From: Cenarchaeum sp.
GTDB taxonomy: Archaea > Thermoproteota > Nitrososphaeria > Nitrososphaerales > Nitrosopumilaceae
DNA: 64,000 bases
Reading direction: 5' to 3'
NCBI GenBank assembly: GCA_965242695.1
Contig: CBDESU010000001.1
Span: 1,312,001-1,376,000 of the forward strand
Below are positions 1-15,711 of the stretch, in pieces. Each line of letters starts with the position of its first letter. Position 1 is the first letter of the stretch. The notes under the pieces were generated by a model. It was not told the origin of the DNA. It did not search any database and saw only the letters and a program-made list of their open reading frames with translations. The translations under genes and the position numbers were made by a program.

Positions 1-114
1 CTGTGCGCGCGCCCTGCGGCCGCGCCAGGAGGGGAGGGCGGCGCCGAGGCAGTCGACGGGCGCGTTGCCGAGCGCGCGCCCGAGCGCGTCGAGGCGCCGG
101 CGCTGCCCGCGTAA
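1..114 (+). CDS. 3' end of a gene entering from the left; paralog of the 37946..39226 helical protein
   Basis: Frame 1 reads LCARPAAAPGGEGGAEAVDGRVAERAPERVEAPALPA*, matching the C-terminus LCARPAVPEGEGAEAGGERIPERAEAPALPA* of 37946..39226. Confidence 0.7.
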   Translation: MCARPAAAPGGEGGAEAVDGRVAERAPERVEAPALPA

Positions 115-263
115 TACGACCCGTTTCGATCGCGGCCCTGCGGCCGGCTGGCGGCATTGGGATCGGCCTCCCTGCTGGGACTCGGGCGGGTGCGATCGCC
201 TAGGCCGCCTAGACTTCACCCGCGCCGGCCGCCCACTCAGCGGGCTTTTGTGATCCCCCCCAC

Positions 264-1733
264 TCACCCCATCAGCAGGTACAGCCACAGCGGGATCAGG
301 ACGATTCCTCCGCCGGCCTCGCCCATGTCCCCGCCAGACACGACGATCCCCATGCCCGTCCCGAACTGATCCGCAAACCTCCGGATCCCCCGCAGGTCCG
401 ACTCTTTCACCCGCGCCCTGTACTTTGACTCGACGGGGAGCGCCCTCCCCCCGATCCTGACCACGGCGTCGACCTCGTCGCCCCTGCTGTTCCTCCAGTA
501 GAACAGGTCCCCGCCCCACGCTGCCTCGTACGACGCGCCGAGGCGCATCGTATGGTCGCATACGGCCGCCTCGGCCACCCGCCCCGCATCGGCCGGATCG
601 CCGCGCATGCCGCCGGCGGGCGCGCGCAGCGCGGCAGTGCGCGTGCCCGGATCGCCGACGTAGACCTTTCTTTCGGAGCGGGCCCGCACGCCGGGGTTGT
701 CCGAGTACACCTGCGCATCGTGCACAATGTAGGCGGCCTTGAGCAGGTGCATGTAGTGCTTGGCCGTGCCCCTGTTGACTCCCAGATCCCTCCCCAGCCT
801 GTTCGTATTGACGATCTGCGGCGACTTCCATGCTAGCATGGACAGCAGGGTGTCGATCGAGGCAGGATCCCGCACTCCGCCCGCCCTGACAATGTCCTTG
901 TATATTGCAAGCTGGAGGTGGTCGGCGAGCATCGACCTCTTCCTGGCCGGATCGCCCTCGAGTGCGACGCCCGGGCGGCCGCCGTACTCTAGGTACTCGG
1001 ACAGGAGCGACCTCAGCTCGTCGGCCTGCGCGGCCAGCCCCGCGTGCGCCGACCTTGCAGCGACATGGAAGTCTTCCGCGCCTTTCCCGCCCAGCGCTGC
1101 CGCCAGCGCCCGCCGCATCTCTGCGCCGGCCCGGGCCGCGCCGCCGATGCCCTTGAGGGACGCGTACTCGGCAAACGACATCGGCATGACCCGCTGGTAC
1201 CTTATCCGCCCCACGAGCGACTCTGATGCTCCGCTGAGCATGCCGATGCTCGACGAGCCGGACACGAGGAACTTTGCGTTGCGGTGCAGGTCGACCCACC
1301 GCTTGAGGATGCTCTGCCATCCGTCCACCTCTTGGATCTCGTCGAGCATGACGTAGATCCTCTCGGTGATGCCGCCCGGCGGCTCCCTGACGACCTCGCG
1401 CGCGTACCACTCGAGCGCATCCAAGAGGTACCTCGCGCCGGACAGGAACGGCGGCTCGTCCAGCGAGATGTACATGATCCTCTTGGGATCGACGCCCCTT
1501 TCGGCCACCAGCCTTGCCGCCAGCTGCATCAGCATCGTCGTCTTGCCGGCCTGCCTGGCGCCGGCGACCGCATGCACCTCCCGATCATCAAGGCCGTCGA
1601 TCATGGCGCAAAGATCGTCCCTTGCGTATGCCGGCGCCCTTGACGGCGGGATCCCACCCCCCTCTGCCCACCACGGATTCTGGCCGCTTATGTTGTCGCC
1701 CAGCCTGTCGCTGCCAAATTCGCTCCCTGCCAT
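264..1733 (-). CDS. AAA+ ATPase (AAA_14 + DUF4143-type C-terminal domain)
   Basis: QNPWW N-terminal motif, Walker A GARQAGKTT, Walker B VMLDEIQ, SGSSS, ESLVGR, C-terminal YWR..EVD..PVESK. Start trimmed to MAGSEF because an AT-rich TATA-like stretch lies just upstream. Confidence 0.9.
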   Translation of the reverse strand: MAGSEFGSDRLGDNISGQNPWWAEGGGIPPSRAPAYARDDLCAMIDGLDDREVHAVAGARQAGKTTMLMQLAARLVAERGVDPKRIMYISLDEPPFLSGARYLLDALEWYAREVVREPPGGITERIYVMLDEIQEVDGWQSILKRWVDLHRNAKFLVSGSSSIGMLSGASESLVGRIRYQRVMPMSFAEYASLKGIGGAARAGAEMRRALAAALGGKGAEDFHVAARSAHAGLAAQADELRSLLSEYLEYGGRPGVALEGDPARKRSMLADHLQLAIYKDIVRAGGVRDPASIDTLLSMLAWKSPQIVNTNRLGRDLGVNRGTAKHYMHLLKAAYIVHDAQVYSDNPGVRARSERKVYVGDPGTRTAALRAPAGGMRGDPADAGRVAEAAVCDHTMRLGASYEAAWGGDLFYWRNSRGDEVDAVVRIGGRALPVESKYRARVKESDLRGIRRFADQFGTGMGIVVSGGDMGEAGGGIVLIPLWLYLLMG

Positions 1734-1784
1734 GCCAGCGGACTGCAATGGATGCTTATACATCATACAGTATATTAGGTTACC

Positions 1785-1911
1785 GGCCATGGCGATCGCA
1801 TCGCGCAACGCGGCGCCCTCGGCGCAAGCGGTGGCGCGGACTCGGGCCATGGCGATCGCATCGCGCAACGCGGCGCCCTCGGCGCAAGCGGTGGCGCGGA
1901 CTCGGGCCATG
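1785..1911. repeat. 60-bp tandem direct repeat, 2 copies
   Basis: ggccatggcgatcgcatcgcgcaacgcggcgccctcggcgcaagcggtggcgcggactcg occurs twice in tandem. Confidence 0.9.
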
Positions 1912-2560
1912 CCGCCGCCGCCAGCGGTGGCGGCCACCAGCATGCAGAAGATCAAAAAAGGGACGCACGTCGGGACGCGACCAGGTTGTGAGATCCGGCC
2001 GCCGCGCCACCGGCGCTGCCGCTTGGCCTGAAGCGCGCAGTGCGCCCCTTAAACGTTGCGGCGCACGGCAACGGATGTCTTACAAATGTATGACGTGGCG
2101 CGGCGCGGTTTAGAGCGCTGAACTGCGGCCGCACCGCGCCGCGCCGACGTTCGGCAGTGCGGCGGGCCGCTATACGATTTGAAGGAAAGGTAGGACGTGC
2201 GGGTTTGATTGTTGAGATCCGGCCCCCGCCATCCTCCATGAACATCAGGCCAGCGGCCACAATGGAAGGCAACTCTCGTCGCCGGCGTAGCCTAGCGTTG
2301 ACATTCATGCTACCTAGCCGACAGATGTATTTAAGCCCTACCTGACGGCCACGCGCGGCACGCGCCCGGCAGGGCGACGGCACGGCGCGCCGCCCCAGGC
2401 GCCCGCATGTCGGACCGCGTCAATGGTGGCCGGCCCCGCCCGCACCGCGGCTGGCCGTCATGAGATGGCGGCGCGGACGGGGCCTGACGGCCGGCCGCCG
2501 CCCCGCGCGGCACGGTATATCACTTGGCGACCTCCACCGCCCTCGGCCGCGGACCGTCAG

Positions 2561-2584
2561 AATGTCTTACAATTGTAAGACATT
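2561..2584. promoter_or_regulatory. Perfect 24-bp palindrome, probable operator
   Basis: AATGTCTTACAATTGTAAGACATT ends 25 bp before the RHH-like start; related copies at 2075, 10552 and 10852. Confidence 0.7.
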
Positions 2585-2609
2585 TAGCGCCCCCTAGCAG
2601 CGCGCGCCA

Positions 2610-3044
2610 ATGGCACAGAACAATCAGGTCTGGTCGGCGCGCCTGCCGATGACCACCATCGAGGCGGTCCGGCAGCGGGCCGAGGGGCGCCGCATATCCC
2701 AATCGGCGGCCATGGCCGAGCTCGTTGCGGATGCGCTCGACATGCGAGGACGGGACGGGCTGGAAACCAGGCTGGCCGCGGCCGAGGCAGAGGTCGCGGA
2801 ACTGCGGCGCACCATACGGCGGCTCACCGGACGGGACGCGCCGCGGCGGGTACGCGCGTCGCTCGGCATGACGGTCGCCGAGGCCGGCCTGCTCGACGAG
2901 GCCGCGCGACAGGCCGGCATGACCCGCGCCGAGTTTCTGCGGACGCGCGTGTTCGGCGAAAGTGCGGAACTCGGCGGCGGCGATCCAACGCGACAACCCC
3001 TCACCGAGCAGGTACGGCCGGCACTGCCGGTTGCGAAACAGTGA
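2610..3044 (+). CDS. Ribbon-helix-helix (CopG/MobC-like) DNA-binding protein with two RHH-like segments joined by a coiled coil
   Basis: WSARLPMTTIEAVRQRAEGRRISQSAAMAELV and RASLGMTVAEAGLLDEAARQAGMTRAEFLR are RHH-like; LETRLAAAEAEVAELRR is a coiled coil. Confidence 0.7.
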   Translation: MAQNNQVWSARLPMTTIEAVRQRAEGRRISQSAAMAELVADALDMRGRDGLETRLAAAEAEVAELRRTIRRLTGRDAPRRVRASLGMTVAEAGLLDEAARQAGMTRAEFLRTRVFGESAELGGGDPTRQPLTEQVRPALPVAKQ

Positions 3045-3218
3045 CTGCCACCCTTTTTCTTTTTTACAGGGCGCAAGCCCACAGGCCCTCCGGCGGGGGG
3101 TGCGTGGGCAAGATACGGCCGCGCCGTACATGGGCCGTCGAACGAGTAAAAAAACAAACTCGCCTCTGCGGGCACGTATATACAGATCCAAACCTACGCC
3201 AATAACAAACACCGTCTA

Positions 3219-7919
<4,701 letters not shown>

Positions 7920-8049
7920 CCCAGTGCGGCGCCACTGGGGGTATTTGAGGGGTGTCGTTCCGGGGCCTTGGCCGTAGGCGCCGCCGCGGCCGCCAAAAAA
8001 TTCAAGCCCGCGGCCCGCCGCCCCCGTCGGGCAGAAGGGCATACGACGC

Positions 8050-10131
8050 TCAAGCGGGCGGCGGGGGCGCGACGCACTCGACCAAGTACGTCGCATACTG
8101 TACGAGCTCCCCGCCGCCCATCAGCCCCGTCAGGCCGCCTAGGTTGATCCTAAACCACAGACTGCTACTGTCGCCGGGCGGCAAGCCGGGGGCCAGTGGG
8201 GCCGTCCCGTCCGCAGACAGGGCGGCGAATGAACGGGGGACGGCGGATCCCGCAGTGCTCAACTCGGTAAGCGTGGCCGGCAGGGCCGCGTGGCCGGCGC
8301 CGTATGGCGGGGCGCCCACCGGATCTATATACCACGGCGTCACACTGACCACGACGCCGGCGAGGTCTAGCGACCCCGTGTTTGTCAAGACCTGCACGGC
8401 CGAGGGCGACGCGGCGCCGGGGGCCGCGCGCACGTCAAGCGACGCGGAGGCCAAGCTGATCGAACATGTGTCCCCGTCCGTCGGAGTGCCGCCGCCGCCC
8501 CCGTTCGTCGGAGTGCCGCCGCCGCCCCCGTTCGTCGGAGTGCCGCCGCCGCCCCCGTTCGTCGGAGTGCCGCCGCCGCCCCCGTTCGTCGGAGTGCCGC
8601 CGCCGCCCCCGTTCGTCGGAGTGCCGCCGCCGCCCCCGTTCGTCGGAGTGCCGCCGCCGCCCCCGTTCGTCGGAGTGCCGCCGCCGCCCCCGTTCGTCGG
8701 AGTGCCGCCGCCGCCCCCGTTCGTCGGAGTGCCGCCGCCGCCCCCGTTCGTCGGAGTGCCGCCGCCGCCCCCGTTCGTCGGAGTGCCGCCGCCGCCCCCG
8801 TTCGTCGGAGTGCCGCCGCCGCCCCCGTCCGTCGGAGTGCCGCCGCCGCCCCCGTTCGTCGGAGTGCCGCCGCCGCCCCCGTCCGTCGGAGTGCCGCCGC
8901 CGCCCCCGTCCGTCGGAGTGCCGCCGCCGCCCCCGTCCGTCGGAGTGCCGCCGCCGCCCCCGTCCGTCGGAGTGCCGCCGCCGCCCCCGTCCGTCGGAGT
9001 GCCGCCGCCGCCCCCGTCCGTGCCGTTGCCCGGCAATCCAAGTATGAAGTTCAGCGTGCGGTTCTGATGGAACACCTGTATGCGGTGGTTGCCGGTGTCG
9101 GCGACGGCGAACGCGCCGCCGATCGCGCCGCCCGTGGCCTGGCTGGCCGCCGCCGGCGACAAGAACTCACCGGGGCCGGTGCCGTTCGATCCAAGACTAA
9201 AGTAGTGAATGGGGGGGTTGCCTATATTAAGCGCCTGGACGCGATGGTTGCCGGTGTCGGCGACAATTATATTAAGGCCATGTTGGACGTCAATAGACCG
9301 TGGGCCGTCAAACTCCCAGTCGCCGGTTCCGTGCGATCCCAGTGTGGGTTGAAAGTCCACCAGTGAGATCGGTCGGAAATTGGCAATGGGATCGTGAAGG
9401 AAGATTACAATGCGATCGTTCCCGGTGTCGGCGACGGCGACGATGGGGAAGCCGTCGAGGTGCATGGCGCCCGTGGGGCCGCTCAGGTTCCCATACCTGC
9501 TGTAGTTCTGGCCGGTGTCCAACACGCCGCGTGGAATGTCATGCAGGGCAAACTGGGCCGCGAAGGAGCCGTTGGTGCGAAAGACCTGAATGCGATCGTT
9601 TCCGGTGTCGGCGACCATGAACTCGCGGTACACCCAGTCATATGTGACACTCGCCGGGTACGAGAGCTCGCCGGGGCCGTCGCCGTTCGTCCCGAACTGG
9701 AAGGCAAAGGTGCCGTTGGGATGGAACACCTGTATGCGGTGGTTGCCGGTGTCGGCGACAAGTATCTCGTTGTATCTGCCCGTGTGGACGCCCACCGGCG
9801 ACCTGAACTCGCCGGGGCCGTCGCCGGGCTCAGGCCCGCCGATCGCATAGGCAAAGGTGCCGTTGGGATGGAACACCTGTATGCGGTGGTTGCCGGTGTC
9901 GGCGACGACGATCCTGCCGCTGCGATCATACATGAAAACGCCCTCCGGCGACCTGAACTCGCCGGGGCCGTCGCCGGCAACATAAACGGCGGCGGGCGGG
10001 CGCAACGGCAGCGGCGTGGACTGGGCATGGGCCGCATCTGGCGCCGCCGTGGCCAGCAAGAGCGCCGCAGTGGCCACCACCGCGGACGCGGCAAGTGGCA
10101 GGACCGGGCGGCGGGACGGGGCGCGCGACAT
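8050..10131 (-). CDS. Secreted NHL-repeat protein with Gly/Thr linker and a conserved C-terminal domain
   Basis: Signal peptide ending DAAHA, NHL repeats, (GGGGGTPT[ND])n linker, Cys-flanked C-terminal domain. Confidence 0.9.
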   Translation of the reverse strand: MSRAPSRRPVLPLAASAVVATAALLLATAAPDAAHAQSTPLPLRPPAAVYVAGDGPGEFRSPEGVFMYDRSGRIVVADTGNHRIQVFHPNGTFAYAIGGPEPGDGPGEFRSPVGVHTGRYNEILVADTGNHRIQVFHPNGTFAFQFGTNGDGPGELSYPASVTYDWVYREFMVADTGNDRIQVFRTNGSFAAQFALHDIPRGVLDTGQNYSRYGNLSGPTGAMHLDGFPIVAVADTGNDRIVIFLHDPIANFRPISLVDFQPTLGSHGTGDWEFDGPRSIDVQHGLNIIVADTGNHRVQALNIGNPPIHYFSLGSNGTGPGEFLSPAAASQATGGAIGGAFAVADTGNHRIQVFHQNRTLNFILGLPGNGTDGGGGGTPTDGGGGGTPTDGGGGGTPTDGGGGGTPTDGGGGGTPTDGGGGGTPTNGGGGGTPTDGGGGGTPTNGGGGGTPTNGGGGGTPTNGGGGGTPTNGGGGGTPTNGGGGGTPTNGGGGGTPTNGGGGGTPTNGGGGGTPTNGGGGGTPTNGGGGGTPTNGGGGGTPTNGGGGGTPTDGDTCSISLASASLDVRAAPGAASPSAVQVLTNTGSLDLAGVVVSVTPWYIDPVGAPPYGAGHAALPATLTELSTAGSAVPRSFAALSADGTAPLAPGLPPGDSSSLWFRINLGGLTGLMGGGELVQYATYLVECVAPPPPA
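8473..9020. repeat. 27-bp coding minisatellite, about 20 copies
   Basis: ccgt(t/c)cgtcggagtgccgccgccgccc tandem units encoding GGGGGTPT[N/D]. Confidence 0.95.
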
Positions 10132-10164
10132 GCCGGCGGCGGGCTAGCGCCTGCCTATAACTCC

Positions 10165-11125
10165 GTCGGGCGGCCGCCGGACGGCCGGCGGCGCAGCGCT
10201 CGGGCGGAGGCGGCGGCCGGAACGCGGCGGCCGCCGCACTGCCCTCGATCGGCGCGGGGCCCCCACCTAACAGGGCCCGGCATGGCGGCGGCGGCGGCGG
10301 CCGCCGAGGTCGGGACGGCCGCCGCACTGCCCTCGATCGGCGCGGGGCCCCCACCTAACAGGGCCCGGCATGGCGGCCGCCGCACTGCCGGCCGCACTGC
10401 CGGCCGCACTGCCGGCCGCACTGCCGGCCGCACTGCCGGCCGCACTGCCGGCCGCACTGCCGGCCGCACTGCCGGCCGCACTGCCGGCCGCACTGCCGGC
10501 CGCACTGCCGGCCCGGCCGGGCCCGCACGCGGCCGGACGTGCAGGCCGCGCATGTCTTACGTTTGTAAGACATTCGGGCGGCCGCCGGACGGCCGGCGGC
10601 GCAGCGCTCGGGCGGAGGCGGCGGCCGGAACGCGGCGGCCGCCGCACTGCCCTCGATCGGCGCGGGGCCCCCACCTAACAGGGCCCGGCATGGCGGCGGC
10701 GGCGGCGGCCGCCGAGGTCGGGACGGCCGCCGCACTGCCCTCGATCGGCGCGGGGCCCCCACCTAACAGGGCCCGGCATGGCGGCCGCCGCACTGCCGGC
10801 CGCACTGCCGGCCCGGCCGGGACCGCACGCGGCCGGACGTGCAGGCCGCGCATGTCTTACGTTTGTAAGACATTCGGACGGGGGCCGGACGGCCGGCGGC
10901 ACAGCGCTCGGGCCGGAGGCGGGGGCCGGAACGCGGCGGCCGCCGCCGAGGTCGGGACGGCCGCCGCACTGCCCTCGATCGGCGCGGGGCCCCCCACCTA
11001 ACAGGGCCCGGCATGGCGGCCGCCGCCGAGGTCGGGACGGCCGCCGCCAGTGCCGCCGCCGCACTGCCCTCGATCGGCGCGGGGCCCCCACCTAATCGGG
11101 CCCGGCATGGCGGCGGCCGCCGGCG
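10165..11125. repeat. Composite GC-rich repeat region
   Basis: Six copies of about 55-bp ccgcactgccctcgatcggcgcggggcccccacctaacagggcccggcatggcggc, about 11 copies of 12-bp gccgcactgccg (10376-10512), and larger block duplications including two TGTCTTAC-N4-GTAAGACA palindromes. Confidence 0.85.
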
Positions 11126-12031
11126 CCGGTGCAAGTCCGCCGCCGCCCCTGCACTGCCGAGGAGCCTGGCGGCGGCCGCCGCGTGGCGCGCCTCCTGCAC
11201 TCGCGCGAAGTTCGTGTGCCGGTCGGCGGCGGCCACCGCGTGGCGCGCGTGGGTCGCGGCCAAGTAAAAGCGCGGCTGGTCGGCGGCCTCTAGTGTGCCG
11301 AGGTCGCATGACTTGCGTATGATGGGGGTGGCCGCCGCCATGCCCAGCCGCAGTGCGGCGGCCGCCGCGCTCTCGGCCACACTGTCGGCCGCGACGGCGG
11401 CACGGGCCGCCGCGGCCGCGCGAGCCTCTGCGACCGCAATTAGTGCGGGCTGTTCGGCGGCGTGGTACATGTCGCCGACGTCATGGGCGAGTTCGGCCGC
11501 CTCGGCGTCGGCCGCATCGGCGGCCCTGTTTGCGGCGGCGGCCTTGTTTATCGCGTCCGTCGCGGCGTCGGCAGCCGCGGCGAGTTGCGCCGCCAGTGCA
11601 TCGTCGCCGCGGTACTCTGCATCGTCGCACTCCGAGCGGGCGCGCGCGGCGGCGTCGCCGGCATCTACAATTGCCGACACGCGCGCCGTATGTGCATGCT
11701 TGACGGCCGCCAGCCCACGCCCCGCCGACACATTGCCCGGGGCGATATGCCGGCGCCAGCCGCGCCGGACATGCTCTGGCGGCGACGCCGTGGCCTCCAG
11801 TTTGCGGAAGGCACGCTCAAGCTCCGCGTCACCCCCGTCTGGCGAGGCGGCGGAATTTTTTCGGGGCGCTGCGCCCTCGGCCCTGACGCTCAATGACGGC
11901 CGCCTCCCTGCTCGCGCTCGCAGGCGATCGGCAGGTCGCGCCGCAGGCACTCGGCCACTGCCGCCGTCATGCGAGCGTCGCCTCCTTTCTGGCCAGCGTC
12001 GCGACCGCGCTGCGAGCGGCCGCGGCCACAT

Positions 12032-13687
12032 CAGAAGTTGAAAATGTACTCTGCCGGGCGCCGATCGCGGCCAGCAGGCGCCGATCGCGGCCAGCAGGCG
12101 CCGATCGCGGCATCGGCGCGGCCGCCCGCGCCCCCATGCTCAACTATTATTGACCACGGAGTCTGGCCGGCTTGAGCCAGGGGGTCAAATCAGTGGTGCG
12201 GCACGTGCCACCGGAGTCAGAATTGGTGGCACGCACCGTACACCGCAGAGAGCTCTCGAGAAGCGCTATTTGTATGGTTGGCGCGTTCATCGACACGCTC
12301 GGAATTACCTTTTCGGGCAACCACAACGCGCTGTACAGAAAGGAGCACTTCATTGCCGTCCTGCTACACATGTGCAAGGCAAGCATGACCGCGGCGCTGC
12401 CGCTGAGGACATGGATCTGACGCTTGGGCTGCCCCGCGTCCCCACATCGCAGTGGTTTCTGGGCAAGATCGCGGTCCTCAATCCCCACACGGTGGAGAAC
12501 GCGTGCTGGGGCATGCTGTTCAAGACGGTCCGGATTGCCATAGACAGCGGCCTGATGCCCATCCACCGCATACTCGTGGCGATCGACTATCACAAGATTC
12601 CGTTCACGGGAAAGACGAGGGACGAGAACGTGGTGCCCGGCAAGCCCAAGGGCGGCACATCCCGGTTCGAGGGGTACATGACGGCGCACCACGTCGGGCT
12701 GCCGGGCCTCTTGGCGCTTGCGGTGCAGCGCATCACTGCCGGCATGGAAAAGGCCGACTGCGTCGTTACCATGCTCTCCGCCATCGACAAGCTTGGGATC
12801 ACGGTGCGCATCCTCCTCATGGACAGCGAGTTCTGCACGGTGGCCGTAATGACGGCCGTCCACGCGCGCAAGCAGTGGTTCCTGGTGGCCGCCCCGCAGA
12901 ACAGCGGGATATCGAAGGCCATAGACAAGAGGATCCGAAACAAGCTCGACAAGGTCAGCTGGTACATCATGGAGTCGACCGACGGCAACGGGTTCATGTT
13001 CAACCTGGTGATCTTCAAGAAGCTGATCGTCGTTGACAAGAAGAGGACGTGGAAGTACGTGACGCTTGCGACCAACATGCCGCGCCGCGTGCTGATCAAG
13101 GAGCTCGACGGCCTGCTAGAGGTCTACGGCCAGCGCTGGACCATCGAGAACAACTACAAGTCAGTCGAGAGCTGCAGGGCGAAGACATGCAGCAGGAACC
13201 ACGCCAAGAGGACGTTCCTGTTCTACATGTCCCTGATCGAGTGCAACCTGTGGTACCTGACCAACCTTGAGCTCAAGGCATCCGTCAAGGGCGGCGTCCG
13301 GGCGAGGCGGCGCAAGGCCGCTTCCCTGCATGTCAAGCTCAAGGCGTTCATCGGCGGGATGGAGGGGGTACTCCTCAAGCTACTTCGCGAGGGATCCGCC
13401 TTCGAGCACAACCGCCAGAAGTGCGTCAAGTGGAAGTGCCATTGACGGGCATCTGGTGGCAGGCGCATCGCGCATCGCGCATCGGCGGTGCCGTTCCGGG
13501 GCCTGCATCTGGGCGCATTCAGGACCAAAAGCACGGACACCGAAGCGGATGCGGCGTCACGGGGATGCGATATCAGGATGCCGGGCCCTCATACCCCGAA
13601 AACCTGTGTACCTTTCGGGAATTTTTTCGGCGGCCGCGGGGGGAGCCGCGGCCGCGGGGAGCCGCAGCCCTACATTTTCAACTTCTG
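12032..13687 (+). mobile_element. ISH3-family (IS4-like DDE) insertion sequence
   Basis: Perfect 17-bp TIRs CAGAAGTTGAAAATGTA / TACATTTTCAACTTCTG and 4-bp TSD ACAT on both sides. Confidence 0.9.
12172..13445 (+). pseudogene. ISH3-type DDE transposase, apparently frameshifted near 12390-12400
   Basis: DDE motifs VAIDYH, LLMDSEF, YGQRWTIE lie in the long frame, while the plausible N-terminus (NALYRKEHFIAVLL) lies in a different frame (12172..12420). Confidence 0.75.
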
Positions 13688-13840
13688 ACATGGCGGTACT
13701 GCCGAGGTTGGGGCGGCCGACATATCGCGCGACCTGCGTGGGGCCGTGCCGGATCAGGTGGAGCTCATACGCGCGCTGCGAACTGCCGCCAATGTGGCGG
13801 CCGCAGACCTCGCAGACCAGATCGCGTGCAGGTGGCGGCG

Positions 13841-14317
13841 TCATGCGGCGGCCGCCTCCTTTACGTCGGCAGTGGCGGCGAACGAATAGCTCAGGCGCCC
13901 GTCCTCACGAAGGCGCAACAGGAGGCGTTCCCGCCGGACGGTCGCCCGGGTCCGGCCTAGGCAGTGCGCGGCCTTCGACGCCAGGCTGACGTCGCCGCAG
14001 GTCTGGCAAACGAACACCCAGCCGCGGCGAGGCCGCACCGATACGGTGGTCGCCGGGTCCGGCCAGAGGTGGTCATGCTCGCGATGCGGGCGGGACTGGC
14101 GGTGGTCGATCGTGCCGGGCGGTGCGAACGACATGCCGCCGGCCCGGAGGCAACATACGCACAGGGGGTCGAGGCTGTGCGCCGTCCACGTGATCGGCCG
14201 CAGTGCCGGCACAGGTACGATCGCTCCATCGTCGAGGACGATCGGATGCGCGAGCCGCCGCGGCTGCCGAACACTACGCGCCGCCGTCCCGTGAGGCACG
14301 GGAGGCAACGCAACCAT
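13841..14317 (-). CDS. Cys/His-rich hypothetical protein, translationally coupled to the zinc-finger gene
   Basis: CVCC and CQTC motifs, ATGA overlap with the 13844 start, AT-rich upstream region 14380-14460. Confidence 0.5.
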   Translation of the reverse strand: MVALPPVPHGTAARSVRQPRRLAHPIVLDDGAIVPVPALRPITWTAHSLDPLCVCCLRAGGMSFAPPGTIDHRQSRPHREHDHLWPDPATTVSVRPRRGWVFVCQTCGDVSLASKAAHCLGRTRATVRRERLLLRLREDGRLSYSFAATADVKEAAAA

Positions 14318-15102
14318 GGCGATCGCTAATGCGGGCGATCAGGTCTCTTCACCGCCGGATCTCAACGGACGGGACTCACATAAGCAATTAACCCGGCAAA
14401 ATTTACGCTTCAAGTGACAACATACTAGGCAAATTATCCCATCTAGTGCGATCATGGTAGCCAAGATATGCACGGTGCGGGCAGGAGGCGGCATGGTTCT
14501 GCATGGCGGCCCGCAGTGCATGGAACGGCTCCCAAGAGGGTATTTGCGGCAACCGAAGGGCACTGCAACCGTGGCGCGCGGGCGGCAGGACAGGGCGCGC
14601 TGCATGGATCGCACCCATGCCGGGCGCCCAACCGCGGTGCAAGCTCCCCCGCGCGGCGGACATTCCCCGCCCGCGCCCTTGACGAGCCCCTGCGCGCCGT
14701 CTGGCGCCCTCTTCCCTCCCCACCGCCATGCAGGGCGCGCGCCCGGATCGGGCAGCCATTGGCATGCTCGTCCAGCACAGATGTGCGCTTACCCGCCCCG
14801 CGCCCGCGCATGCCCGCCATGTGCACCGTCCACCGCAAGCCAGGTTCCCGCGATAGCCCGCCGCGGCGACGGATCGAGAGAGGATCCTGGCAGGCATGCA
14901 GCGCGCTCGGGCGCCGCATCCCCGGGCCTAGAGGGCCTAGGCGTGCGCATGCGGGTGGAATAGGGTGGGGGGCGGGGTGCGCGAGATCTGACGGTTCGGC
15001 GGCATCGCAGGGCGCGGGCCTCGCTGCGTCCCACACCCCTCCCGCCCCGCGCCTCCCGGCAGCGCATCGCAAACGCAGAGCCCACAGTAGCAGCCGGCGG
15101 GC

Positions 15103-15711
15103 CTACAAATTGCTGTAGTCGACCACGCGGACTCTGAACACCCGGTAGATCTCATCGGCAAAGTCCACAAAGTCGTGGTCGGACGTGACAAGCCAGACCT
15201 CGCCCCTCTACTCGGCCAGGGCCGCGGCCGTCGAGAGTATCACAAAGTCAGCCCTGTGCGTATCCGGCGAGGGGTAATCCGCCGCGTCCCCGTGTCGCTT
15301 CTTGACGCGCCGCCGCCGGGCCACCGCGTAGGCCATCTTCGGGTCGTTCGATATGTCAGTGTACATGCGGCCGACCGTCCCCAAGTACTTTGGGGTGTTG
15401 CGAATTCCAAAGCGGACGCGCAGCGGGTCGAATGCATCCAGCGCGGCCTGCACCGTCTCGTCGTCCGCGCCGGCGGGCGAGCCGGCGCGCCTGGCCACCG
15501 AGTCGAATGCCTTTTTCGCGGTTTTGTGCATCTCGTCTGCAACCATGTCTGGTATCTTGAGATCCCCCGACTTTATCGCCCTGTTCACCATGCCGACGAT
15601 CGCTTCCCTCCCGCGCCGCTGCACCCTGACGGGCGGCCCGCCCTCCTCCGGCGCGACCTCAAAGTCCATAGAGTAGGCAAGGCAGGCGTTCGTATCCAAG
15701 ACGAGGATCAA
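15103..15711 (-). pseudogene. PIN-domain (VapC-like) protein, copy 1, with in-frame TAG at 15208-15210
   Basis: ILVLDTNA..DFVILSTA..; CAG>TAG relative to the other copies; the downstream LVTSDHDF is still encoded in frame. Confidence 0.85.

Larger units (their letters stand above)
10763..13844 (-). pseudogene. C2H2 zinc-finger / Ala-rich helical protein split by an ISH3-family element
   Basis: N-terminal CEVC..YELHLIRH (13844-13688) joins in frame to MWPRPL.. (12031 downward) when the IS and one ACAT copy are removed; 3' end uncertain within the repeats. Confidence 0.65.

Noticed and set aside
1734-1955. N-terminal extension of the AAA ATPase
   Set aside because: It runs through a 60-bp tandem repeat and an AT-rich promoter-like stretch
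7952-9067. Plus-strand Pro-rich ORFs over the 27-bp repeat
   Set aside because: Antisense shadows of the coding repeat in 8050..10131
10165-11125. Possible CRISPR array
   Set aside because: Intervening sequences are themselves repeated and irregular in length, units are about 55 bp, and no cas genes are visible in the window
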